DNA of 64,000 bases. Source: Eledone cirrhosa (Eukaryota). Below, piece after piece: positions 51,692-64,000 of this stretch. Where the stretch lies: assembly GCA_964016885.1 (NCBI GenBank), contig OZ024741.1, positions 58,032,001-58,096,000 on the forward strand, written 5' to 3'. Within the stretch, counting starts at the first letter, position 1; each line of letters starts with the position of its first letter. The notes beneath the pieces are model-generated. The model did not search any database and was not told where the DNA came from. It saw nothing but the letters and a program-made list of their open reading frames with translations. A program made the position numbers and the translations under genes.

Positions 51692-52253
51692 ATATATATA
51701 CACACACAGAAATATATGGGCATTTCTCTGTTTGTCTGTCTGTCTGTCCTTCCCTAAAACTCAAATGTAGGTGCTACAGAAATATTACCTTCCCCTTCCT
51801 TTCTCCACTTTGGTACTACCAAGAGAAACACTGTCGCTATAGAAACATTACCTTCCCCTCTCCACTGACTTTGGTCACTGAGGCCGAGGGAATCGCTGGT
51901 TGCTATAGAGACACCTTGCACAAACCAGAAGTAACCAGTTCGAGGCGGTTCTGACTTGACACCATGCCAAGGACCATTTGAAGATATATTTCCATCGTTA
52001 TATCATAACGTTTATGTATCATAACGTTTATATTTCCGTCACTAATCTCTTTTTCTCCTTTTTCGTTTTAACATATATTTATTTCAAAGATTTCACCGTA
52101 TAGATAACATATATATTTATACATGCAGAAAAGACACACCGAGAGACGGTGAACATGTGGTGCCGAAAACATTTCTCATCCAAATCTCAACAATATCAGT
52201 ATATACACTAGATTTGCTAGCAGAAAACCGCCCACCGGGTGGTTTTCTGCTAG
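51692..52253 (+). mobile_element. Helitron-like element (5' end uncertain) ending in hairpin + CTAG
   Basis: (gtct)n..tccctaaaactc head shared with the element at 52254; 3' end ctagcagaaaaccgccc acc gggtggttttctgctag. Confidence 0.6.
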
Positions 52254-53146
<893 letters not shown>

Positions 53147-53855
53147 GGATATTTAAGAGTGTCCATTGTGTCATTCAATAAGCTAAAAAGAAAATACACT
53201 CAGATTTAGAGATTTAGAAAAATATATTTTCATTTGAATAATGAAGGGAATAGTAAGCTTGGTATTGCTTGAGGGAGATAAAATTAATCATGCTTTGTGT
53301 GTTGTAATTAAAGTCTTTCTTAGATTGCAGTTAGCTTATTGCAGAAGAGGAAGAAAGCCATTCTAGAGTAAAATAAGGCTGTATTGGGTGAAATGCATAG
53401 TGAAAGATGATGCATAAATAGTTAGTGTGTACTTGAGTATATTGAAGACTAGCTGTTAAGAAATTCCAAGTAGGAATGGAAGAGAGAGAAAAGCTTGGTC
53501 ACACTCTTGAAGAAGAGAGGAATATTATAGTGAGAGGATATTTACAATGAATATATCAATGCTTATGGATTATATATACACTACCTTACAATTGAATAAA
53601 AACTTCTACATATTTGATGTGTCTGCTAAAACTAGCAACAAAATCTACCTCAAACTAACCCTTTCATTACTATATTTCTATATAATTTTAAAATCATTTT
53701 GAAAATAATTATTATTTTGCTGGTGCTTGAAACATAACTGAAAAAGGGTTCTTTCCATATAAAAAGTATGATAAAAGAAAACAAATAATGTATGAACCAA
53801 ATTTTTGGCTTTTTGAAGTGCTGAGAGTATATGTATATACGTATATAAGTATAAA

Positions 53856-54078
53856 GAAAGTGCTCAAGCACAGAAATGCTATAAAGATAGCTTATAAAAT
53901 AAAGTGAACACCGTTAAAAGATGGAAAAGGAAGTTGCCATTGGCCGCTACGAGGAAATGGATCCCATATTTTCCAGATTCCTGATAGCGGCCGATGGCAT
54001 CTTCTTTTTCCGTCTTTTAAGGGTGTTCACTCTATTTTATAAGCTATCCCTATAGTATTTCTGCACTTGAGCACTTTC
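53856..54078. repeat. Imperfect ~100-bp-arm inverted repeat with ~21-bp spacer (older fold-back element)
   Basis: gaaagtgctcaag..ggccgctacgaggaa / ttcctgatagcggcc..cttgagcactttc. Confidence 0.85.
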
Positions 54079-54095
54079 CTATTATATATATATAT

Positions 54096-54711
54096 ATGAA
54101 CGACAAAGCATAAATGAATTGAGAGAGAGACTGAGCATAAGAGGAATCAAATGCTGTGTGCAGGAGAGGCGGTTGCGTTGGTATGGACATGTGATGCGTA
54201 TGAAGGATGACAGCTGCATAAAAAGGTGCAGAGCACTAGAAGTCGATGGAAACCGCGGAGTGGGGAGACCCAAGATGACCTGGGATGAGGTGATAAAAGC
54301 CGACCTTACCCAATCACACCTCTCAAAGGCGATGACACATGACCGTGACCTCTGGCGTCACGCAGTAATACAGAGTACCCGACCTCCTATGGGTACAAGC
54401 TGAAGCATATAGACAATATGCCCCCACACCTCCCACTGCAAGGTGGTCGTGGAGGTGCCACGGCAAAAAAGCACCCAGCCCACACTGTAAAGTGGACGTG
54501 TAGGTGCCACGAAAAAGCACCCAGCACTCACTGTAAATGAGGTTGGTGTTAGGAAGGGCATCCAGCTGTAGAAATCAAGCCAAATCAGTTCCTGTATGAG
54601 CAAGGCATGGTCAGCCGACCAGACACTGCCCACAACAGGACAACCCGTCTAACCCATGCTAGCGTGGAAGAACGGACGTAAAACGGTGATGATGATGATG
54701 ATGATGATGAT
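54096..54711 (+). mobile_element. RTE family B 3' fragment
   Basis: ORF 54119-54403 is nearly identical to the C-terminus of the 49962 ORF; (GAT)n tail. Confidence 0.92.
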
Positions 54712-56552
54712 AAATATATACATTTTAACATAAACAGCTTACTATCATAGAATGAGGGTCAGTTTCAGATGGTTTGATGTGAATTGAGTTTAAATAAATG
54801 ATCGGGACATTGGGCAATATAGTCTGAGGTAGAATATTGCTGAAAAGCAGATGTAGCAGTCATGACTGGACTATCTTTAATCAAATCATATTAAATAATC
54901 TGTGCTTATAGATTATACACTGCTCTACAATTGAATAAGTTCTACATGGTCGATGGATCTGCTAAAAATAGAAGTCAAATCTACCTTAAACTAAACTACA
55001 ACACCAACTGCTTTAAAAATAAAACAAGAAAAAAGGGACACATTGGATAATGTAGTCTGAGGTACAATATTAGTTAACAGCAGATGGCTGGAGTGCCTTT
55101 GATCAGATCCTATTTGGGGTCTAAACACTAACAAACTTTGCATTTTAACAATCTAGTTTGATCAAATAAAATTGTTTCTAACAAGATAGAAATTTTGAGG
55201 GAGAGCTTTATGTGTATGTGTATATGTATTTATACATTGTTAACTTTTGTTTTGCAAAGGAAGAACACATTGTTTGACTTTGTTTTGCATTTGAAAAGTG
55301 GGTATAACCCTGAAATATTGTACTGAGTAAAAAATACATTACTTTGTTTTGTTTTAGTTGTCATTGTTTTTCCTTTATATAGTTCTACCACATTGTACTG
55401 GCTTTCTTATTACATATATCACAATGCTTCGTATAACTATACATTAGGCTGCGACCATGCTGGGGAAACCACATTAATTTTAATCAATCACATCAACTTC
55501 ATTACTTATTTTTCAAGTCTAGTACTTATTTTATTAATATTTTTTTCTTTTTTCTGTTGTTCAACCACTAAGTTACAGAAGATAAACAAAACTCTCAACT
55601 AACACCTAACAACCAGCAATGATTTATTAGAAATTATCTAAAAACGGTTTTGTTAATTCAAATGTTTAGAGGATTTTACTAGTAGACAGATTTTTTGTGA
55701 ACATTTGCAGTTTTAGAGAAAAGATATCAATGTTTAAGGTATGCAGTCATGATGGTGTTTTGTACTTGCTAATGTGGTTGTATGTGGTACAGGAAGTTGA
55801 GGGTGAAAGGACAATATCAGAATTGCAATAAATAGCAAATTAGCAATTCTTCTTCCTTGAAAATAGGTGTCCTCTCAGAGATATTCATTTCACATCTCAA
55901 AAGATAGCTCAATCTATTATTCTGTCTATTTTAAATCAAGAACTATACTTAAACAAATATACCCTCTCCATAGAAATAACAGCAGCAACTAAATTAATTA
56001 AGAGTCCTCAAAAGTTTCAATAAATTTCAATGTTAAACAAATTATATTTAAAATCCAATAAGTTCAGTTTATGAAAATCATAAAATTGTAAAAGGAGAAT
56101 GTTTAATGAAAATTAAAATGTCTTCAGGGAGCAGGCCATAGTTGAGACATATAAACAGATGGAATAATTCCATGGTTCCACTCTACATTCCTCTGGCTAT
56201 TCCTTTCATTTGCTTTTACCGTTAAAAGATCAATCTTCACAACAAATAATGGTGTTGTTGTTGTTGTTACAATGGCAAAGTGGGAATTTCATCTCAAAGA
56301 ATATACTACAACAAATATTATACACACACATGCACAAACTGCACATACAAGCAGACTTGGATAAACACAGATTACACATATGCACACACACAAATTGTAT
56401 ATATGTGTATGTTTACATACACAAACTGCACAGGCAAACAAATAAACATATTTGGTTACACACACATTACATGTATATACACACACATATAGCAGTTACA
56501 CAAATACACATGCACACACATATATAAATTATGTAAATATGCAAATTACATG

Positions 56553-56585
<33 letters not shown>

Positions 56586-57799
56586 GTATACTAAATATAC
56601 ATGCAAACACATATAAATGTACTGAGATATATACAAATCCCACACACGCATGCATACAGACAACACACAGATATACACATAACCATGAACATAACACATG
56701 CACATGTTATCACACATATACAAACTATGCACACACACACACACCTCACACATATAGACATTACATATAGATTATAAACAAATTAAATTATAATAACTAT
56801 TTACATACACATACATTATACACACCCACATACAAATATTACACAATTACACACATACACAAATGACACATATGGTCACACTAAACAATCATAATTATGT
56901 ATGCACACATTCATCATTATTACATCACCCACACTATACACATACATACATTACATACACACACACACTATGAACATGTAAAAAACAATCAATTATTTAC
57001 ACACACATACACACACAATCAAACTAATAATTTACACACATTAAGTGAAGCTTTATTTTAGTTTGAATGTGAATCAGTATTTCCATGAAAATTTGTTGTC
57101 TAAATCAGATACACAGACAGACAAGTTCATTTTCAGAATTATTTCAAATTTCAAACTTTAAATAATCTGCAAACACTGAAATCTAATTAACAAAGAATTG
57201 TTGTTGCTGTCACATTTGCTAGTTTATGTTCAGGACCAAAATTTTGACGATTTTCACCAACTTCAAATTCTACATGAATAAGAGTGGGATCAGCTTATTT
57301 TTAAGTATATATGGTAATTGAAAATTATAGGCAGTATATTTCATGAGAAATATGGTAACAAAAGGATTAAAGTGGCTATATTAATATAAAAATCTTCAGC
57401 ATTAATTTATGAAAGAACCTTTGAGTAGAGAAAATTAGTTACATTTACTAAATTTCTCCAAATTCCAGATTATTTTCAAACTTATTAGAAAATCATAGAC
57501 AGTGCCTTTCATTAGAAATATGGTAATGAAAAGGTTAAATCACAAGCAACTGTTGAAATCAAATTAACAGAGATGCTGTTATTGCTGTTGCCATGTCATT
57601 TGCCGGAAGCTTTATCTTAATGACACAAAATTATCTTAATATCACTTTGGAGACATCTAAGTTAGAAAAAGAAAAACAAAAGATACAAAGTATAGACATT
57701 AATCAAAGAACAGAGAGGAGAATCCCTAAATAATTGAGAATGTTTTTGATTGTAATCAATGGTAAGCATAGGATACAAGATAAACACACACACATACAT

Positions 57800-58470
57800 T
57801 ATCCTCATTATCATCCTTTTACAACCGCTCTTCCATTCTTGAATGGGTTGGATGGGTCTTTTCCGGCACAGTTTCCCTCCACCTACTGCATTTCTTGCTC
57901 ATCTCTGAAGTTCAGCATTTTGGTATCCACTCTCACCACCTCTGCCTAGCTCTTCTGCTACTGCAGCTTCAATCCACTTGGATTTCTTGGCATTTCTTCA
58001 CCTATCAGTCATCATCCATATGTGCCACATGTCAGTGCAAGCAAAGACTTCTTTCTTGCACACTACATCTGATTTCTCTTAAACCCAGTTTCTCTCCCAT
58101 AGTTTCTTGCAAATACATCAAAGAATTTTCATACAGCATTAGCATATCCTCTGCATTCACTGCACATGTCTCGCTATCATGCAACATTGCACAACACATG
58201 CAGGCCTCATAAAGCCAGCCATTCATCTATATAACGAAAACTTTTATTGTCATCAGAGTAACTGGCTACCTGAATATTTTCCATTCTATTCTTAATCTAG
58301 CAACCTCTGCCACTCCTAATTAGGTCACCTAGATAACAAAAACTATCAACTACTTGTATGGAGCTTTCCCAAGATTGGATAAAGATTCTTGCTACAAACT
58401 ACCCTTGTGCATCTCCTACATTTCCTGTTAGTCTGCCAACAATCCTACATCTCTTGTGTACCCTGTGCTT
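57800..58470 (-). pseudogene. Old degenerate RTE fragment (family A-like)
   Basis: GWLYEACMCCAMLHDSET..EKLGLREIRCSVQER. Confidence 0.75.
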
Positions 58471-60402
58471 TTGATTTTATGTCTGTCTTCATATCAACAC
58501 CAGCTAGCAGTACAATAGTTGAAGATCAATGGAATAAACACCATATTTGAAAAACACCCTTGCAAGCAGGGAAAAGCAGACGTAAAATGATGATGATGAT
58601 GATGATGATGAAAGGGTGGTGTAATGAAGGGCCCTGGCAGTAAAATACAACCTCAAAATATCTCATTCAAACTATGCTGATAGTGATGATGACGACTGAA
58701 GAATATTTTAAGATTTGTTGATGTTTTTGAAAACACAAGGTTATTTGTAAACATGTCCTTGCAGGTGGTGATGATGATGATGAAGATAATGGTGGACATG
58801 TCAAGCACAGTTGTTAGTGAACATAATGTGAATTGAATAAAAGAACATTTGAATGGTGTTGTATAATAAATAACAAAGAGGTTTTTTATTTATTTTCAGA
58901 AGAATGAAAACATGAAGAGAGTGGAAAAAAGAGAGGGGTGGGAGAGATGGGAAAACACTGGGATAGGAGTGTTTCAGTATATATGAGAATAAAAAGTTTT
59001 GAGATGGGTAGGGGAGGGATTTGACATGGAATATTGCAGCAAGTGTGAGAATAAAACAAGTTTTGAGACAGGGTGAATGGGAAAGGTAGGGGGGGGAGAA
59101 TAGTCTTACAGTAAGTGTTTTAAGATGAATGTTAGTCATGTGAATGAAGGAGCAAATGAAGGTAGGCTTAACGTCCATAGAAATACATACAGTTGAAACT
59201 AATTAATAAAGATGGTTACATAAAGCCAAATTGTTATAGAAAGAAACAAAATAGTCATAGCCTAGTGGTTAGGGTGATGAACAGACAATCATAAGTTTGA
59301 TTCCTGAACAAGGCAACATGCTGTATTTTTTATCAAAACATTACTTTACATCGCTTTTCAGGATAGGACTAAAGAATCTATGATTAAAACACTCAAGAAA
59401 GGTCCTATGAGATGCAGCTTGGTAGGAGGTCAGCTAAACCTACATTGATGTGAACAATAAATTTCATTTTAAAATATAGCAAAAAATGTGTGTTATAGTA
59501 AATGTTACTATCAAGGTTTCATGATAACTGCTACTCAGGTGAATGAAAGGGCAAATGAAGGTAAGTTTAGCATCAATAGAGATGCAGCCAATACAGACAG
59601 ACCTCTAAGTAAGAAAGAGTGTTATCTAAAGACCAAGTTGCTATACAAAGAAACAAAATTATAATGAAGCTATCTTGTTGCATTTGAGTTAACATGAAAA
59701 CACAGAAGATAAGACATAATAGCTTTACTTAGAAATGTCTTCACTGACAATGGATCATCTCTTACAGCCAAAATATAGTTTTCCTCATACTGCTTTTGAA
59801 TATTCTTTGTCATCAGAACAACACACTGACACACACAAACAGGCAAAATATATTTTTCGTCATATGGCTTTTGAATATTCTTTGTCATCAGGACAAAACA
59901 CAGAAACACACACACAAATACTAAACACACATACACAAATACTTTGTTTGTGTATTTGTTTTTCAAGATTCTTGATGTGAAATTGTGTTGAAGCAGAAGA
60001 AATTGCTGTATTTTGGGAGAGTCATGCTGTTGATAAAAACACATGTACCAGTTGAGTTTCATTTTAGCTTTATAATTAGTTAGGTAACTAATCAATTTCT
60101 TGGTTAGTTTCATTACCAAATGGTTATATAATTATCCTGTGTAATTGTCAAAGCTCTTTCATAAAACATTCTGTGACCTTCTCAATAACTATTCTATTTC
60201 CTCTGTGTCTCATCTTCATTTTGATTGTTTTATTTACTCCATTTTGTTTTTTCCTCGGTATGTATATAGTATGCACATGTGTGTATGTGTATGTGCACAT
60301 AATAATTTTTATCTGCATAGGTAGTGTATATGTATGAACAGGAGAGGTAACAACACATACCCTTGTTGTGTTATACCCTAACAAGGTATAACAGCATATA
60401 TA

Positions 60403-60577
60403 TATAGATGAGATTCTACAGGACTAGAACTGTTTCATTCAGAGATTCCTGATGATTTCTAAAGAATGAAACAGTTCTAGTCCTGTAGAATCTCATCTAT
60501 ATTAAAACTTTTATACTCTGCTATGTATTGAGTACCTTACTTACTGTGGTTACCTCCAATTCAAACCGGAATAACTT
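60403..60577 (+). mobile_element. Tiny fold-back HHR element (38-bp arms 60403-60440 / 60464-60501 plus tail) in (TA)n
   Basis: The inverted arms are seen directly; the element contains a complete hammerhead. Confidence 0.75.
60442..60494 (+). ncRNA. Type I hammerhead ribozyme
   Basis: gagattc CTGATGA t ttc taaa gaa t GAA acag ttctagtc ctgt A gaatctc. 7-bp helix I, short helix II, 4-bp helix III, GUA triplet. Confidence 0.82.
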
Positions 60578-60721
60578 ATATATATATATAAAATAGGTAG
60601 ATTCTCAAAGGGCATCGGGAGGTGTCCACAATTAAAGGAGCTATGCAATACATTGATAGAGTATACCCATCTTTATTTTATATACAAATGACTTATACAG
60701 GACTATAACTGTTTCATGTTA

Positions 60722-61615
60722 TCTGTATATATATATAAAATTAAGTATGTGTGTGTGCGTGTGTCTGTGTATTACCTATAGGGGCCTACATCTTACGACC
60801 GATTTTCATGAAATTTTACAGGCTCATAAATTAGTCATCGGGGAGTGTTTTCTATATATCCGCGTATCGTTTATTTATTCTGGAGTCATTCAGCAGATAA
60901 AAATCGATAGGGGGTCACCTTTTTTTAGGTATCGAAAAATAAGATTTTCCCACATTTTGCCACCGACTTCGCTCAAATTTTAAAGCAAAATAGAATTTAT
61001 CATTGCACATCCTGTAATGGCTTTATATTTTGCATTTGTTGTTCAGGGACGGCATGGCAGCTGCTTAAATATTTAAAAATAACACTTTTAGACTCAAATT
61101 TTACACTACGCTAGATCTGATTATTTCACGTCTTAAAGTAGCTTTACATTTTGGATTTTTTGTTCAGGAACGACGTGGCAGCCACTTAAATATTCAAAAA
61201 TACCACCTTTTCGCTCAAATTTCCGCCGTTTTGGCTCTAGCTCCCACATTTTTCAACCGATTTCATTCAAATTCAAAACAATTCCGTCCAATTATCCAGT
61301 TGATTGTCACAAAGGCAAAACGATGGCCACTGACATCGTCTGAGCTTTTAGTTGTGTATTTGAGAATTCATCGGTTTCGAATCAAGTAGCGTGAGGAAAT
61401 TTGGCTTAGTGTTAGAGGTCATTACCTCCCTTCCCCAGCATGCCCCTTCGTCAGTCACCCGCGTTTCTCAGTGATAGAGGTCATCACCACCATCCTCCGC
61501 ATGGCCTGTGTGTGGCCATCGATGAGTCATCGAGAAGCAGTTGCTAAGATCAACACCTTTTGATCAAAGCAGATATTATTTTACCTACCCAGGCAACGCT
61601 GGGTACTGCTGCTAG
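60722..61615 (+). mobile_element. Non-autonomous Helitron
   Basis: 5' TC, 3' hairpin tacccag-gcaacg-ctgggta then CTAG; inserted between A and T with no TSD. Confidence 0.85.
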
Positions 61616-62539
61616 TATATATATATATATAGCATGAAACAGTTATACACACACACACATATATATATCAATTATCTTTTATCATTGGATCGAAATATGA
61701 GATTTTAAAGGAAGTCATTTATGATTATGCTGGTTTTTAGTTTTAAAATTGTTTTTGTTGATCTGTTTGTTTATCTTTTATTCATATTTTTAAAATATCA
61801 GGCTATGATTCTGAGATGTGTGTGTGTGTGTGTGATTATGCACACATACACACACACGTACATACATATGCATGCATACATATATACATACATACATACA
61901 CATGCAATGAATATCATTGCATAGAAGATGGCTGAGGAAAAAATGTTAAAATGTTTGCATGTATAACCTGAAATTATATACTATTTAATAGTTTGTTACT
62001 GTTTATTTTGTGTCTTCCTCTTAGCATCTTATAACAGTAAAGATTTTGTTATTATCCGATCAGCTTTTCTTAAAGTTTATTTGTTGAATTTTCCCCTTTC
62101 ATGTTGTGAATGAAAATGCTAATCTTACCATTCCATGGTATTTTATATAGTGCCATTTGAAGTAAGGATGTACAAAAGATAAGAACGTCATATTGATGAG
62201 TAACTGACAATTTATTGGAACCTAAGGAAAGATAAAATGACATTAACTCTTAACATCCTGTAATGATAGAACAGAAAATGTCTAAAAATAGGTTTGTTAA
62301 TTCAAATGTTTATAGCATATTTAGTAGTGGAGAAATTGTTGTGAAAATTAGAATAAAGACATAAATTTGTATTATGATGCAGTCATAGTGTTGTTTTGTA
62401 ATTTCAAGAATCTTTTGCTAATGTGGTTTCATGTGGTACAGGATCAAGAATTAATAAAGTGAATTTATTATCACTTCTTTCAAAGAAAATATTACAAAAG
62501 CAGACACATATGCTAATTTACTTCCAGAAGTTACTTATT

Positions 62540-63780
62540 TTTCTATTTCTACATGAGAGTGTCCAGCCAAGCTCATGGATGCTATCCAACCATCCTGCTC
62601 GGGGTCAGCTCCTGGGTTTCCTGCTTGTTGGTTTGGCCTGTGATTCTTTCCCAAGACATTCTAACCACATGCCCATAGTATTGGAGCTGTGATCTCTCAA
62701 TTCAGAGAAGTAGAAGCTCTACCTGGAGTAACTCTCTGATCTATGAGTTACTCACACTATTGAGTAACATTACTCCAAAGACCCTTCTGAGGAACCTCAT
62801 TTCAGACGCTTGTATTTAAAACATATTCTTTCGGTCATTACCCAAGAGTCATGACCATAAGTAAGAGTTGGCATACTAAATTAAAGATAGCGAGTTTGGC
62901 TTTTATACCTACCTCCTCCTGATTACTGAATGCTGAAAATGGCACATTACTGCATCAGCTCCTGCAATTCTTGCACTTAATTCACCCTCCTGCCTTCCAT
63001 CACTTGTGAACACAGCCCTAAGATACTTGACCGTTTCACCTGCTTCAGTAGAACATCATACAATGTGCAGACATTCTTGAGAGGACGAGTGCCTCAGTTT
63101 TCGCACCACTTCCAACCCGGCTGTCCATGTCAATCCTGTTCATGATAATAATGAACTGAAGAGGTGACAGTATGCACCCTTTGTGGAATCCAAGTCCTAC
63201 ATTGAACAGTAGTTATCTGCAACTTGAGAATACCTAAAGCTAAAGATGCCCAACAAATCTGGTAGGTCCAGGGCAACTTACAGGATAATGTGGGAAGCGT
63301 TGATGGATAAGGAATCAGGACCAGGTATGCAGATACTATTACATCCAAATTTAGAGAACTCCCTGAGCAAACTGAGGAAGTTGAGACAGAGTGGAGATTG
63401 TTCAGTTCAGCAGTTTCTGCTTCAGCTGTTGAATGCTGCAGGTGAAAGAGTCTTGGTGCCAGGTGGCAGGAGGACCTCTTGGTTCAATATATGGTGAAAG
63501 ATGCTATCTGAGCTTAGTTTGGAAATAAGTCCTCCTTCTTGTACTTGCAGTACAAGCAGGCATGAAGAATTACAGCAGAGACAGTAAAGACATTCAAAGT
63601 TAAGATATGAGAAGACTTTGGGGTTAAGCTGGAATCCAACTTCAGATCAGCAAATAAAGTGTTCTGGCAGACCATCTGCCGACTTCATAATAAGTCCTCT
63701 TCCACATCTGAGGTTGTTCACTCTTCAGTGAAGGTGCATCCTCATGAGGTGGAGAGAATGCTTTGCTGATCTCCTAAACC
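62540..63780. pseudogene. Degenerate Expander/Rex3-type RTE fragments in opposite orientations
   Basis: Plus ~63350-63690 reads EVETEWRLFSSAV..GRRTSWFN..EDFGVKLESNFRSANKVFWQT. Minus ~62560-63130 resembles the RTE C-terminus (GWLDSIHELGW). Confidence 0.6.
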
Positions 63781-64000
63781 CAATATTTTTAAATATTGCA
63801 AAAAAAAAAAGTTTATATTTATGCGATGCATGGTAACTTTACAGTATATACTTTTTAATAACAGCTATATCATGTTGACTAGATCAGGCTTAACAGTGAC
63901 ATGATCATTTGTGAGATAGAGTAAACTCATTTTATTAAACATCAGGCTCAATTATATGATAAATAGGTTTAAATCCAGTTTAATAAAGATTAGGCTCAAA

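Overview
AT-rich, microsatellite-dense eukaryotic DNA with no host protein-coding gene that I can support. The repeat families (RTE LINEs with (ATG)n tails, tRNA-head/Nin-domain SINEs, huge (TA)n tracts) suggest a cephalopod such as Octopus; this is inference. The window is a nest of transposons sitting in (TA)n/(TACA)n tracts: four RTE LINE families (three carry a PHD-type Zn finger inside the RT; one BovB-like copy has an open 1181-aa ORF), a CR1-type LINE, four Penelope-like elements (PLEs), Helitron-like elements, MITEs and SINEs. The main hidden signal is a set of about 10 minimal type I hammerhead ribozyme (HHR) motifs plus several half-motifs. Most have a self-complementary (palindromic) helix III. 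They occur in PLE 3' ends and in non-coding fold-back elements of 0.1-1.5 kb. One of these is a 482-bp retrozyme-like unit with a direct terminal repeat and an inverted HHR arm, and it has a diverged relative about 1 kb upstream. All folds and alignments were done by eye and boundaries are approximate. The many YIYI-type ORFs are microsatellite artefacts.
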